Below the pieces are notes generated by a model that searched no databases, was not told the DNA's origin, and was given only the letters and a program-made list of their open reading frames with translations. This document shows positions 9,665 through 20,622 of a DNA stretch of 64,000 bases, one piece after another. Every line of letters starts with the position of its first letter. Within the stretch, counting starts at the first letter, position 1. Source of the stretch: Gammaproteobacteria bacterium (GTDB lineage Bacteria > Pseudomonadota > Gammaproteobacteria > JBCCGL01). The translations under genes were made by a program, and so were the position numbers. The stretch is taken from positions 3,808,001 through 3,872,000 of the forward strand of contig OZ255836.1 in assembly GCA_965277715.1 (NCBI GenBank), read 5' to 3'.

Positions 9665-10264
9665 TCAATGAAACCGGCACAACCCACGCTGATCAAACGG
9701 GACACTCGCGCTTTGCCCAAAATACGCCTGCAGTGCTGCCAATGCCTTTACATCCTTGTTGTCACGCCAGCACTCTGCCTGTTGCAGTAGTGATGGCCTG
9801 GGGTGTTCGATACAGGCAATCATCGTCTGTAGTACGGTGATCAGGTGGCAATAGTGCGTGGCGAGACCGGCATAGAGCGTAGACGGTATATTAGTATTGC
9901 GCCGGGCCAGTTGTCGGTAAGCGTGTTGGCCCAATTGTGCACAGGCATTGCCTGGTAGATCACAATACCCTACCCACTGTGGGCACAAACCACATAACAA
10001 CAGGCATTCGTCACCGAGTATTCGCAAATCGCGTTGACTCACTGTATCGAGCATTTCGATGGCGGTGCTCTGCACTGATGCCGATGGTGCCTGATCGGCA
10101 TAACGTACCATCAAATGTGTCAGGTAGCTCTGCTGTAGCTCATCGATTGTAAATGGCTGGTGTGAACAGGCTTCGCTGATCCGTTGGTGTAATGGGTTAA
10201 ATGAAGGGTGCACAGGTTTAATTTGGCCAGATTCTCTCGTCAACCTGACAGTTAGCTGCCGCAA
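9665..10264 (-). CDS. Hypothetical protein
   Basis: 199-aa ORF filling an intergenic gap; LRILGDECLLLCGL resembles a conserved gammaproteobacterial hypothetical. Confidence 0.55.
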   Translation of the reverse strand: MRQLTVRLTRESGQIKPVHPSFNPLHQRISEACSHQPFTIDELQQSYLTHLMVRYADQAPSASVQSTAIEMLDTVSQRDLRILGDECLLLCGLCPQWVGYCDLPGNACAQLGQHAYRQLARRNTNIPSTLYAGLATHYCHLITVLQTMIACIEHPRPSLLQQAECWRDNKDVKALAALQAYFGQSASVPFDQRGLCRFH

Positions 10265-10306
10265 AGCGAAATTCTTTAATTGTTATGCGTTTCGTGCGTG
10301 CTTCCC

Positions 10307-11209
10307 TTAGGTGTTTTCCGGGCCATTCTCAAAGGTTTCTCTGATTACCTCTACCGTTTCAAGTGGTAAGTTGGTCGCGGTAGCAATCTGTTCATTTGAC
10401 AGCCCCATAGGTATCAGCTTTTTAGCCGTTTTACGGGCGGCTATGCCTTTCCCTTTCTCCATGCCTTTCTCCATGCCTTTCTCAAGCCCTGTGCGTTCTG
10501 CCAACTGTTTTGTATATTCCATTGCATCATATTCATCCATGCGCTTTTTGTTTACGTAGTCATAAACCAACATCTCCTGCTTGCTCCAGGCGTGCTGTTG
10601 CGCCATTTCAAAGGCCGTTTTGAACACAGGATCCTGTTGGAATAAAGCGGGAACCTCATCCAGGGCGACGGTGTTTTTAATAAAATAAATCCATTTATCC
10701 ACGACGTTATCCAGCTCATCCAGGGTTTTGTGAAATTTAGGCAGTTCAATAAAACAAAAGGCAAAGTCATCCAAATGGTTTTTATGGGTATCGAGTATCA
10801 GGTGGTTAGACAGGTAGCGTTTACTGTCGGTACTGAAATCAAAATCCAGGATACCGATAAAGTGTACTTTTTTTAGCTTTTGGTACTGTGCACCTTTATC
10901 AAGCTGATTAACATAGGATTTGGCCGTGTAATACAGGCTGCGTCGGGCAAAATGCGGGCTGGGCTGCACCTGCATTTCAATAATAAAAGTACGCTGTTGC
11001 TGGTCAGTTGCCGTGACATCCAGCACGGTTTCTTTGAGGTCTTCAATTTTGGGTGGCTGGTAGGGATTGTCAAAGGACACGTCCACCACTTTAGCTCCCT
11101 CTGGGAAATCCAGCGCGGCATTGACGAAGTGGATTAACACCTCTTTATGGTTTTTGTTGCCAAAAATGCGCTTAAAGGCAACGTCATTGCGCGGGTCAGC
11201 AAATTTCAT
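10307..11209 (-). CDS. Rpn family recombination-promoting nuclease (PD-(D/E)XK)
   Basis: DPRNDVAFKRIFG, LDV...IIEMQ, RSLYY, FIELPKF, KWIYF; C-terminal GLEKGMEKGMEKG repeats and HTH-like tail; start set at MKFADP. Confidence 0.92.
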   Translation of the reverse strand: MKFADPRNDVAFKRIFGNKNHKEVLIHFVNAALDFPEGAKVVDVSFDNPYQPPKIEDLKETVLDVTATDQQQRTFIIEMQVQPSPHFARRSLYYTAKSYVNQLDKGAQYQKLKKVHFIGILDFDFSTDSKRYLSNHLILDTHKNHLDDFAFCFIELPKFHKTLDELDNVVDKWIYFIKNTVALDEVPALFQQDPVFKTAFEMAQQHAWSKQEMLVYDYVNKKRMDEYDAMEYTKQLAERTGLEKGMEKGMEKGKGIAARKTAKKLIPMGLSNEQIATATNLPLETVEVIRETFENGPENT

Positions 11210-11359
11210 AGGGTATTGTAGCATGTGATACACAAGTGATCATGGAAGCTGAGCGCATGGGGTTGAAAGAGTCACTGAGTCTATTTTGTACGGGCTAATG
11301 CCGCCACCTGCCGCTATAATTGAACGCTTTGTCTCTCACCGTCATTAAAGATTCGCCCA

Positions 11360-12316
11360 GTGCAGAAGTTAAATAAAAACGCCTCCGTGCAGACTTTTCA
11401 AGGCATGATCGCCGCCCTGCAAGATTATTGGGCTGGGCACGGCTGTGTTATCCATCAACCCTACGATATGGAGGTGGGGGCAGGTACTTTTCACCCGTCC
11501 ACTTTTATCCGTGCGATTGGCCCGGAACCCTGGCGCGCTGCACACGTACAGGGCTCGCGTCGGCCAGGCGATGGCCGCTATGGTGAAAATCCCAATCGCC
11601 TACAGCACTATTATCAGTTTCAGGTGATGCTGAAACCCTCACCGGATGATATCCAGGACTTATACCTCGGTTCTTTGCAGATGTTGGGTTTTGACCCGTT
11701 GGAACACGATATTCGCTTTGTCGAGGATAATTGGGAATCACCAACGCTGGGGGCCTGGGGGCTTGGCTGGGAGGTGTGGCTGAACGGTATGGAGGTGACG
11801 CAGTTCACCTATTTTCAACAGGTTGGTGGGTTGGAGTGTCGCCCGGTAACCGGCGAGATCGCCTACGGTATTGAGCGTTTGGCGATGTACCTGCAAGGTG
11901 TTGACAGTATTTACGATTTGGTCTGGGCGCAGGGGTACAGCGGGCCGGTAAGCTATGCGGATGTTTTTCACCAAAACGAGGTGGAACAGTCGGCTTATAA
12001 CTTTGAACATGCGGATGTCCCCGGATTATTTGAGCAGTTTCGAATGTGTGAGCAGGCGAGTACGCGGCTGTGCGGGCTGGCATTACCATTGCCCGCTTAT
12101 GAACAGGTATTGCGTGCCTCACATACATTTAACTTACTCGATGCGCGCCGGGCCATTTCGGTGACTGAGCGCCAGGGGTATATATTGCGGATTCGCACAT
12201 TGGCACGACAAGTTGCCGAGGCCTATTACGCATCACGCGAAAAATGCGGCTTTCCCTTATGCGTTGACCCCCGCCATACAGAGCAGGGTGTACAGACCAG
12301 GGAGGCAGGCGAATGA
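11360..12316 (+). CDS. glyQ: Glycine--tRNA ligase alpha subunit
   Basis: [50 protein letters not shown]. Confidence 0.98.
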   Translation: MQKLNKNASVQTFQGMIAALQDYWAGHGCVIHQPYDMEVGAGTFHPSTFIRAIGPEPWRAAHVQGSRRPGDGRYGENPNRLQHYYQFQVMLKPSPDDIQDLYLGSLQMLGFDPLEHDIRFVEDNWESPTLGAWGLGWEVWLNGMEVTQFTYFQQVGGLECRPVTGEIAYGIERLAMYLQGVDSIYDLVWAQGYSGPVSYADVFHQNEVEQSAYNFEHADVPGLFEQFRMCEQASTRLCGLALPLPAYEQVLRASHTFNLLDARRAISVTERQGYILRIRTLARQVAEAYYASREKCGFPLCVDPRHTEQGVQTREAGE

Positions 12317-14430
12317 TTGAAACGCGTGATTTGCTGATCGAGATCGGCACCGAAGAGCTACCGCCCAAATCCTTATTGACACTGGCCGCTGCCTTTGCCG
12401 AGGGCATCGTTGCCGGGCTTGTAGCGGTGGGCTTATCACCCGCCGCGCACTGTGTTTATGCAACACCACGCCGTTTGGCTGTGGTGGTTGATAGCGTACC
12501 TGTGCTACAGGCGGGCAGTGAAACAGAGCGGCTCGGCCCCGCACTTGCCGCTGCCTTTGACAGCGCGGGCGCCCCCACCAAAGCGGCTGAAGGCTTTGCG
12601 CGTTCCTGCGGTGTTGCGGTAGGTGATTTGCAACAGCGCGAGACGGATAAAGGTACCTGGTTGGTTTACACCGTTAAGCAGCCGGGCCGTCCGGTGAGTG
12701 TGTTGTTGGAAGGTATCATTGCGCAGTCGTTAGCGAAGTTGCCGATTCCAAAGCGCATGCGCTGGGGGGCGGGTGATGTTGAATTTGTGCGCCCGGTTCA
12801 CTGGGTGTGTGTGGTGTTGGGTGAGGCAACAGTCGATTGCCAGGTGCTTGGTTTGTCCGCCAGTAATACCACACGCGGCCATCGTTTCCACGCCAATCAT
12901 GCCATTACAGTGGATTGCGCCGGGAACTACCCTGAAATATTGCTTGCTCAAGGTAAAGTTATTGCCGATTTTGCGCGTCGTCGCACTGTCATCAGCGAGC
13001 AGATTGAGGTTTGTGCCCATGCACTAAATGGCCAGGCAATGGTGGCGCCAGGTTTGCTGGAAGAGGTCACTGCTCTGGTTGAGTGGCCAGTGGCAATCGG
13101 CGGTGGCTTTGAGGATAAATACCTCAGCGTGCCTGAAGAGGTATTAATAACCACCTTACAGGACAACCAAAAATACTTCCCACTGCGCGATACCGATGGC
13201 AAGTTGCTGCCTGCATTTATTACGGTGAGCAATATCGACAGCGACAACCCCGCATCGGTGCGCGAGGGCAATCAGCGCGTGGTACGCCCCCGGTTGGCCG
13301 ATGCGATGTTTTTCTGGGAGCAGGATCGCAAACAATCCCTGGCGGCACGTAGTGCAGCGCTGGCATCTGTGTTATTTCAGAAACAGCTCGGTTCACTGGC
13401 CGATAAGGTTGCACGGGTTACCGCTTTGGCCGAGTGGATCACGACTGCAATAGGGGGGGATTTATCGATCACCCGCCGTGCCGCTGTGCTCTCCCGCTGC
13501 GATTTACTCACCGATATGGTAGGTGAGTTTCCCAGCCTTCAGGGCGTGATGGGCGAGTATTACGCCCGCCATGATGGTGAACCTGCCGCCGTGGCGGTGG
13601 CATTGCGTGAGCAATACCTGCCAAAGTTTGCCAGCGATGTGTTGGCCAGCAGTGATGCAGGCAGGGCACTGGCAATTGCCGAGCGCATCGATACACTGGT
13701 GGGTATTTTTGCTATTGGCCAGCGGCCAAGTGGCGTTAAAGATCCCTTTGCGCTGCGCCGTGCTGCGCTGGGGGTATTGCGTACGTGTATCGAGTGTGAA
13801 TTGGGCATCGACCTTCGCGCACTGCTTGCGCAGGCGGCGGCACAATTTTCCGGGCAAACTAACAGTGATGATGCAGCATCGGCTGTATTCGATTTTATGA
13901 TGGAGCGCTTAAAAGCGTATTACGCCAACAAAGCGGTGGCACCACAGGTTTTTGATGCGGTGATCGCCAGGCAGCCCGGTATCCCGCTCGATTTTGACCG
14001 GCGCATTCATGCCGTGCGCAGCTTTTCAGCGCTGCCGCAGGCGGCCAGCCTGTCAGCGGCGAATAAACGCATCCGCAATATTCTTAAAAAAGCACACATC
14101 GGCACAAGTGACGGTGATGCAGATGCCCATGATTTGGGTAGCGATAGCATGGTCGTCGACCCATCACTGCTACAGGTATCACAAGAGCGCGATTTATATG
14201 CCGCCATCAGCGGGTACAGTACACAGTTGGCACCACTACTGGCAGCAGCCGATTACACCGCTGCATTAACGGTGCTCTCCGCGCTACGCGAGCCGGTCGA
14301 TGCGTTTTTTGATGCCGTAATGGTCATGGCCGAAGACCCGATGATCCGCGCCAATCGCCTGGCCCTGTTGCGTGATCTCGCTGAGTTATTGGGTCCTGTG
14401 GCGGATATTTCACGGCTCGATGGTTTATGA
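12313..14430 (+). CDS. glyS: Glycine--tRNA ligase beta subunit
   Basis: [42 protein letters not shown]; overlaps glyQ. Confidence 0.98.
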   Translation: MIETRDLLIEIGTEELPPKSLLTLAAAFAEGIVAGLVAVGLSPAAHCVYATPRRLAVVVDSVPVLQAGSETERLGPALAAAFDSAGAPTKAAEGFARSCGVAVGDLQQRETDKGTWLVYTVKQPGRPVSVLLEGIIAQSLAKLPIPKRMRWGAGDVEFVRPVHWVCVVLGEATVDCQVLGLSASNTTRGHRFHANHAITVDCAGNYPEILLAQGKVIADFARRRTVISEQIEVCAHALNGQAMVAPGLLEEVTALVEWPVAIGGGFEDKYLSVPEEVLITTLQDNQKYFPLRDTDGKLLPAFITVSNIDSDNPASVREGNQRVVRPRLADAMFFWEQDRKQSLAARSAALASVLFQKQLGSLADKVARVTALAEWITTAIGGDLSITRRAAVLSRCDLLTDMVGEFPSLQGVMGEYYARHDGEPAAVAVALREQYLPKFASDVLASSDAGRALAIAERIDTLVGIFAIGQRPSGVKDPFALRRAALGVLRTCIECELGIDLRALLAQAAAQFSGQTNSDDAASAVFDFMMERLKAYYANKAVAPQVFDAVIARQPGIPLDFDRRIHAVRSFSALPQAASLSAANKRIRNILKKAHIGTSDGDADAHDLGSDSMVVDPSLLQVSQERDLYAAISGYSTQLAPLLAAADYTAALTVLSALREPVDAFFDAVMVMAEDPMIRANRLALLRDLAELLGPVADISRLDGL

Positions 14431-14454
14431 GGATTGTCTGATGAAAGTTGCCTT

Positions 14455-14991
14455 ATGAAACTGGTGGTACTCGATCGCGATGGCGTAATTAACGAAAACG
14501 CGGATGACTACATCAAGTCGGCGGATGAATGGATACCGATTCCCGGTAGCCTGGAGGCCATCGCCCGGCTCAACCGGGCGGGTTATCACACGGCGGTAGC
14601 GACCAATCAGTCTGGCATTGCCCGTGGTTTATTTGGAATTGAAACGCTGCACAGCATACATAAAAAAATGGATTATCTTCTGGCGCAGCACGGTGGTCAT
14701 ATCGAAACGGTATTGTTCTGCCCTCACGGTCCTGATGAGGGTTGTCCGTGCCGTAAACCAAGCCCCGGTTTGTTACTGCAACTGGCTGACAGGCTGGGTA
14801 TTGATTTGCGGGGCATTCCCTTTGTGGGCGATTCACTCAGTGATATTCAGGCGGCCACCCAGGCCGGTGCAACCCCTTTGTTGGTGCGCACGGGTAATGG
14901 CGAGCGCACCCTCCAAAACCGTGAGGCACTGCCTGAATCGGTGCAAGTCTTTGATGATTTATCCGATTGTGTTAGCCAGCTATTAGCGTGA
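14455..14991 (+). CDS. gmhB: D-glycero-beta-D-manno-heptose 1,7-bisphosphate phosphatase
   Basis: LDRDGVIN HAD motif, TNQSGIARG, CPH...CPCRKP; usual position after glyS. Confidence 0.95.
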   Translation: MKLVVLDRDGVINENADDYIKSADEWIPIPGSLEAIARLNRAGYHTAVATNQSGIARGLFGIETLHSIHKKMDYLLAQHGGHIETVLFCPHGPDEGCPCRKPSPGLLLQLADRLGIDLRGIPFVGDSLSDIQAATQAGATPLLVRTGNGERTLQNREALPESVQVFDDLSDCVSQLLA

Positions 14992-15001
14992 ACCGAAACC
15001 A

Positions 15002-15754
15002 ATGACAACATGCCTGCTATCGCGCCCGGTACTTTACCTGCGCTCGCTCTTGTTTCTGCTGCTTTTTGGGTTGAATACAATCGTCTATGCGCTACCGATG
15101 GTGCTCGCATTTTTACTGCCACTGATGTGGCGCTATCGCCTGCTAAAAGTGTATCCACTGGTGAGTCTGTGGTTGTTGAAGGTTTGCTGTGGCTTGCGTT
15201 ACCGGGTTGAGGGCAGGGAAAACCTGCCAGAGACCCCCTCGATTGTATTTGCCAAACACCAATCCACCTGGGAAGCCCTGGGCCTTATTTTGTGCCTGCC
15301 TGCCGCCGCCTATGTCGCCAAACGCGAGTTATTGTGGATTCCTTTTTTCGGCTGGGGAATGGCCTCTTTGCGCTATATCACTATCGACCGCAGCGCGGGC
15401 CGCAAGGCAATTGTTCATATTATCCGACAAGCCCGGGACCGGCTTGCCAGAGGCCTGTGGATTATTATTTTCCCCGAGGGTACACGCCGACCGGTGGGCG
15501 CATCCCTACAGTACAAAATGGGGGGGGCGATAATGGCTGTGAAAACGGGGGCAGCGGTTGTGCCCATTGCACTTAACTCGGGTGAATTCTGGCCACGCAG
15601 TGGGTTTATTAAATGGCCGGGTGAAATCACTCTGAGCATTGGGCCAGCGATCGAGACCCGTGACAAACAGGCCGAACAGGTGCGCGATGAAGCTCAGCAA
15701 TGGATCGAAACAAAAATGGCAGAAATAGTCATTCCAGATCGTTTTCCCTACTAA
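15002..15754 (+). CDS. plsC: 1-acyl-sn-glycerol-3-phosphate acyltransferase
   Basis: KHQSTWE, IFPEGTR, VVPIALN; conserved glyQS-gmhB-plsC order. Confidence 0.92.
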   Translation: MTTCLLSRPVLYLRSLLFLLLFGLNTIVYALPMVLAFLLPLMWRYRLLKVYPLVSLWLLKVCCGLRYRVEGRENLPETPSIVFAKHQSTWEALGLILCLPAAAYVAKRELLWIPFFGWGMASLRYITIDRSAGRKAIVHIIRQARDRLARGLWIIIFPEGTRRPVGASLQYKMGGAIMAVKTGAAVVPIALNSGEFWPRSGFIKWPGEITLSIGPAIETRDKQAEQVRDEAQQWIETKMAEIVIPDRFPY

Positions 15755-15816
15755 CAGGCTACGAAAGCATGTGTAATTTCAGCCGATACAATACCCGTTT
15801 CCAGTAGGATTACCGA

Positions 15817-18000
15817 ATGGATGTCTCTTCAATTCTCGACTCACTCAACCCGGCACAGCGCGAAGCGGTTGCCGCTCCCCCCGGCCCCATTCTGGTACAG
15901 GCGGGGGCCGGTAGCGGTAAAACCCGCGTATTAACCCACCGTATTGCCTGGCTTAATAGCGTCGAGGGGGTTTCACCCTTTTCCGTGCTGGCGGTCACCT
16001 TTACCAACAAGGCGGCCAGCGAAATGCGCGCCCGCGTCGAGGCGATGCTGGGTATGCCACTTGGGCCGATGTGGATTGGTACGTTTCACGGCCTGGCGCA
16101 CCGCTTACTGCGCCAGCACTGGCGGGAAGCCAGATTACAGCAGGGCTTTCAAATTCTCGATGCCGATGACCAGTTGCGCGTGGTCAAGCGGGTACTGCGT
16201 GGCCTGGCGCTCGATGAAACCCGCTGGCCTCCCAAACAGGCTGTGTGGTGGATCAACGCACGCAAAGACGAAGGATTGCGCGCCAAGCACCTGGAAGATC
16301 ATAACGACCCCATTCGCCGCCAATACATCCGCATTTATTCGGCCTATGAAACCAGTTGTGAACAGAGTAGCGCCGTCGACTTTGCCGAGCTGTTGTTGCG
16401 GGCGCTCGAACTGCTGCGCGATAACACCGGGCTGCTCGATCACTACCGAAAACGCTTTCAGCATATTCTGGTTGACGAATTTCAGGATACCAACGCAATT
16501 CAATATGCCTGGCTGCGCCTATTGGCGGGTGGTGCGGGCAACTTGTTTGCCGTGGGCGATGACGACCAGTCGATCTACAGTTGGCGTGGTGCCAAAGTGG
16601 AGAATATCCTCAATTTTGAAAAAGACTTTCCCGGCGCGCAGCTTATCCAGCTCGAACAAAACTACCGCTCGACCCACAATATCCTCTCAGCGGCCAATAC
16701 CTTGATTGCCAACAATATGGAACGCATCGGTAAGAACCTGTGGACAGAAGACACCAGTGGTGACCCAATAACGCGCTATACCGCCTATAACGAAATGGAT
16801 GAGGCGCGCTTTGTGGTCGAGCGCATTGCGCAATGGGTGGAGAGTGGGGGGCGGCGTGATGAGTGCGCTATCCTGTACCGTTCGAATGCCCAGTCAAGAG
16901 TACTGGAAGGCATGTTGCTGGATGCCGGAATGCCCTACCGTGTGTATGGCGGGTTGCGCTTTTTTGAACGGGCGGAAATCAAAGATGCTCTGGCCTATTT
17001 GCGCCTGCTGGGCAATGAAAATGACGATGTATCGTTTGAGCGTGTGGTCAACCACCCACCGCGTGGTATCGGTGAAAAAACCGTTAGCCAGATTCGCGAA
17101 GCGGCGCGTACCGGGCAGGTATCGATGTGGATTGCAGCACAGCAATTGATCTCGACTAATGCACTGTCTGCACGTGCGGCAAATGCAATCAACACATTTT
17201 TGGCATTAATACCCAGCTTGCGTGATACCTGCCACGAACTGCCACTGGCTGAAGTGATTGTCCACTGTGTTGAACACAGCGGTCTGCGCGGCTACTTCTC
17301 GCGGGATAAATCTGAAAAAGGCCAGTCACGCATCGAAAACCTGGACGAACTCGCCAGCGCCATCAATACCCGCACCAGCGCCTTAGACCACCAGCAGGAT
17401 CTACCCGAGGAAATGTCTGAGCTGGATCAGTTCCTCGCCAACGCTGCACTGGACGCCGGTGACGCCCAGGGGCAGGCCTGGGAGGACTGCGTGCAGCTAA
17501 TGACCCTGCATTCAGCCAAAGGGCTGGAGTTTGCCGTGGTGTTTTTAACCGGCATGGAAGAGGGCTTGTTTCCCGGCCAGCGATCAATCGAAGAAGAGGG
17601 GCGTATGCAGGAAGAGCGACGCCTGTGCTATGTCGGTATCACCCGCGCACGAAAAACGCTGTACCTGACCCTGGCAGAACAGCGCCGTCTGTATGGCCAG
17701 GAACATTACAGCATGGCCTCGCGCTTTCTGGGGGAAATCCCCGCAGAACTTATTCAGGATGTTCGCCCGCGTGCCTTCGTCACCCGGCCAACGTACCAGC
17801 GCGCCCACGCCGAGGCATTTATTGCCGGGCCTGCCCCGGAGGGGGTCAGTGTCGGCCAGCGGGTTAATCACGCCAAATTTGGCGAGGGTATGGTCACCGG
17901 GTTTGAAGGGCAGGGTAGCCATGCCCGCGTGCAGGTACATTTTGCCAATGCCGGTAGCAAGTGGCTGGTATTGGCTTATGCGAAGTTGGAAATACTTTAG
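15817..18000 (+). CDS. uvrD: DNA helicase II
   Basis: AGAGSGKTRVLTHRIAW, VTFTNKAA, VDEFQDTN, QNYRST, EERRLCYVGITRA, C-terminal Tudor-like HAKFGEG. Confidence 0.97.
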   Translation: MDVSSILDSLNPAQREAVAAPPGPILVQAGAGSGKTRVLTHRIAWLNSVEGVSPFSVLAVTFTNKAASEMRARVEAMLGMPLGPMWIGTFHGLAHRLLRQHWREARLQQGFQILDADDQLRVVKRVLRGLALDETRWPPKQAVWWINARKDEGLRAKHLEDHNDPIRRQYIRIYSAYETSCEQSSAVDFAELLLRALELLRDNTGLLDHYRKRFQHILVDEFQDTNAIQYAWLRLLAGGAGNLFAVGDDDQSIYSWRGAKVENILNFEKDFPGAQLIQLEQNYRSTHNILSAANTLIANNMERIGKNLWTEDTSGDPITRYTAYNEMDEARFVVERIAQWVESGGRRDECAILYRSNAQSRVLEGMLLDAGMPYRVYGGLRFFERAEIKDALAYLRLLGNENDDVSFERVVNHPPRGIGEKTVSQIREAARTGQVSMWIAAQQLISTNALSARAANAINTFLALIPSLRDTCHELPLAEVIVHCVEHSGLRGYFSRDKSEKGQSRIENLDELASAINTRTSALDHQQDLPEEMSELDQFLANAALDAGDAQGQAWEDCVQLMTLHSAKGLEFAVVFLTGMEEGLFPGQRSIEEEGRMQEERRLCYVGITRARKTLYLTLAEQRRLYGQEHYSMASRFLGEIPAELIQDVRPRAFVTRPTYQRAHAEAFIAGPAPEGVSVGQRVNHAKFGEGMVTGFEGQGSHARVQVHFANAGSKWLVLAYAKLEIL

Positions 18001-18039
18001 CCTAAACGTCTCAGTTGAATCATATAACAGTCTCCGCCA

Positions 18040-19194
18040 ATGAAAATAAACAGCAAACTGCCCCAGGTCGGCACCACCATTTTTACCGTTATGTCCGCGT
18101 TGGCGGCGAAACACAATGCGATCAACCTGTCGCAGGGGTTCCCCGACTATAGCCCACCTGAGGCGTTGGTTGAGGCCATGTGCCAAGCCTTGCGCAGCGG
18201 TGCGCATCAGTATGCACCCATGATTGGTTTGCCCGCACTGCGCGAACAACTGGCACTGAAAATCCAGCAACGCTACGCCCGTACCGTTAACCCGGACACC
18301 GGGATAACCATCGGTCCCGGTGCCACCGAAGCCCTGTACTGTGCGATTACGGCCCTAATCGGCAAAGGCGATGAAGTCATCGTGTTTGACCCGGCATATG
18401 ACAGTTATGCACCCGCCATTACACTAGCCGGTGGCCGCAGTGTGCACCTGCCGCTAACGATGGGTGATTTTCGCATCGACTGGCAACGCGTGCACGATGC
18501 CATCAACCCACGCACACGGATGATCATCATCAACACACCGCATAACCCGACGGGCACAATATTGGCGCGTGAGGATCTTGATCAATTGGCCGAACTCACG
18601 CGTGATACCGATATTGTGGTGCTTTCTGATGAGGTATATGAATACCTGGTCTTTGATGGCCACCAACACGCCAGCGTAATGTCTCACAGCGAGCTGTTTG
18701 CCCGTAGCGTCGCTGTGTTTTCATTTGGCAAGACGTTTCACGCCACCGGCTGGAAAACCGGTTACTGTGTGGCACCGCCAGCATTAATGGCAGAAATACG
18801 CAAAGTGCACCAGTTTGTCACCTTTGTTGCCAATACGGCAGTACAGCATGCACTGGCCACGTTTTACGTTGAAGATACCCAGCACCTCAGTGGCCTGGCT
18901 GATTTTTACCAACAAAAACGGGATGTGTTTTGTGCTGGACTAGCGCACACAAAATTTACCTTTACACCGTCTACCGGCACTTTTTTTCAGTTGGTCGATT
19001 ACAGCGCGCTAAGCGATAAAACAGACACCGATTTCTGTAATGCGATTACCGCACTGGGGGTTGCTGCCATTCCACTCTCACCATTCTACAACGACCCACC
19101 GCAACATCGTTTGGCGCGTTTTTGTTTTGCTAAAAATGACGAAACACTGCGACAGGCGCTGGCATTGCTGGCTGAGTTTGATCAAGTAGCGTGA
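18040..19194 (+). CDS. ybdL: PLP-dependent class I/II aminotransferase (YbdL-like methionine aminotransferase)
   Basis: SKLPQVGTTIFTVMS, NLSQGFPD, NTPHNPTG, SDEVYE, SFGKTFHATGWK. Confidence 0.88.
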   Translation: MKINSKLPQVGTTIFTVMSALAAKHNAINLSQGFPDYSPPEALVEAMCQALRSGAHQYAPMIGLPALREQLALKIQQRYARTVNPDTGITIGPGATEALYCAITALIGKGDEVIVFDPAYDSYAPAITLAGGRSVHLPLTMGDFRIDWQRVHDAINPRTRMIIINTPHNPTGTILAREDLDQLAELTRDTDIVVLSDEVYEYLVFDGHQHASVMSHSELFARSVAVFSFGKTFHATGWKTGYCVAPPALMAEIRKVHQFVTFVANTAVQHALATFYVEDTQHLSGLADFYQQKRDVFCAGLAHTKFTFTPSTGTFFQLVDYSALSDKTDTDFCNAITALGVAAIPLSPFYNDPPQHRLARFCFAKNDETLRQALALLAEFDQVA

Positions 19195-19265
19195 ATATAC
19201 AGTTGGCGTATACCTGTATTGGTTAGCAAGGTATTCTCACCGCCTGTATCGCACTCACTTGCCGC

Positions 19266-19284
19266 CCTAAACCCGACAGGCGCC
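19266..19284. repeat. Solo terminal repeat of MITE family A
   Basis: CCTAAACCCGACAGGCGCC followed by TAG matches the element end at 61366-61384 at 18 of 19 positions. Confidence 0.6.
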
Positions 19285-19578
19285 TAGTTTTTCCTCAACA
19301 CTCGCAATTTTGTCCTGGATAGACTGCTCGCGGTCAGTGCGGGTGCCTACGCGCAGTGTTGAACCACAACGCGCCACACCCATTGCATGCATTTTTTCAT
19401 GGCAGGCTTTAACTGCCGCCATCACTTCATCCCACTCGCCCTCGACATTGGTGCCATAACCGTGCATATGGTGCGTGAGGCCCGCTCCATCAAAAATCTT
19501 TTGGCACTCGGCCACGTATTTTGATACAGACAAACCGACGTTTGCCGGGCTGACACAGATATCAATCATCACTTTCAT
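19267..19578 (-). CDS. MTH1187 family thiamine-binding protein
   Basis: SVSKYVAEC, HGYGTNVEGEWDEVM, GTRTDR. Confidence 0.88.
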   Translation of the reverse strand: MKVMIDICVSPANVGLSVSKYVAECQKIFDGAGLTHHMHGYGTNVEGEWDEVMAAVKACHEKMHAMGVARCGSTLRVGTRTDREQSIQDKIASVEEKLGACRV

Positions 19579-19637
19579 TTTATTGGCCTTATCGATACGA
19601 TTATTTGTTACGCTAATGCGTTCTTAAAAATACACAC

Positions 19638-20621
19638 TTGACTATTATGTTACCACCATCAACCCCTGTCGTCCTGGTGCTGGATGAAACCCCGGAAAGT
19701 TATCTGGATGGTTTGCGCGCACGCTTTCCGGCGCTACGCATAGAAGCCTGCCGCGACGGTGAACAGGCACAATCACACGTAGCGCGATTACAGGCACAAA
19801 TTATCCTTAGCTGTAAAAGTGATCGCATCCCCGGTGCCGACAAACGCGATGCCATTATGCAGCCCAGTGTTAAGTGGGTACACGTATGCGGTGCCGGGTT
19901 TGACCATATCGATCCTATCAGTGACTTTGCTGCCATCGTCACCAATTCTGCTGGCGTGCTTAGCGCCTACCTCGGCGAGACCATTATCGGCATGATGATG
20001 GCGATGAGCTTCGGTTTTCCCGCTTATTTTCACCACCAACGCGCCCACCGCTGGCAACCCGAGCCGCGCCGTTCGTTAATAGGTAAGACAGCACTGATTA
20101 TCGGGCTTGGCAATGTGGGGCGCGAAGTGGCGTACCGCTGTAAACAGGCGGGTATGCACGTGCTTGGTATTCGCAACACCCCCGTGCCGACAAAAAATGT
20201 CGACGAAGTCGCCGGGATGGATGATTTGATGGCGTTGCTGCCACGGGCAGACTATGTATGCCTGCACACGCCACTCACCGACCTCACCCGCGACTTATTG
20301 GGTGCAGCACAGTTTGCCGCAATGCCACCCGGTAGTTATTTTCTCAACGCGGCACGCGGCGGTATTGTCGATGAGGCAGCCCTGCATCAGGCACTCATCA
20401 GTGGCCATTTATGCGCTGCCTACTCAGACGTATTTGCCCAGGAACCACTGCCAGCCGACAGCCCGCTCTGGGATCTGGATAACCTGATTATCAGCCCTCA
20501 CTACGCCGACTCAATTGACAACTGGAAACAATATTACGTGGACTTATTTGCAGACAACCTACAATGCTGGATTGAAGGTAAACCATTGCGGAATATCGTC
20601 GACCCGCAAAAAGGTTATTAA
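19638..20621 (+). CDS. D-2-hydroxyacid dehydrogenase
   Basis: GLGNVG Rossmann motif, NAARG, DVFAQEPLP, SPH. Confidence 0.9.
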   Translation: MTIMLPPSTPVVLVLDETPESYLDGLRARFPALRIEACRDGEQAQSHVARLQAQIILSCKSDRIPGADKRDAIMQPSVKWVHVCGAGFDHIDPISDFAAIVTNSAGVLSAYLGETIIGMMMAMSFGFPAYFHHQRAHRWQPEPRRSLIGKTALIIGLGNVGREVAYRCKQAGMHVLGIRNTPVPTKNVDEVAGMDDLMALLPRADYVCLHTPLTDLTRDLLGAAQFAAMPPGSYFLNAARGGIVDEAALHQALISGHLCAAYSDVFAQEPLPADSPLWDLDNLIISPHYADSIDNWKQYYVDLFADNLQCWIEGKPLRNIVDPQKGY

Positions 20622-20622
20622 T

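Noticed and set aside
15944-18270. Long alternative-frame ORFs (253 aa plus strand, 228 aa minus strand) over uvrD/ybdL
   Set aside because: Frame shadows of GC-rich conserved genes; no motifs
19195-19265. CTCACCGCCTGTAT resembling part of an I-F repeat
   Set aside because: Match too short, no hairpin partner, no periodicity
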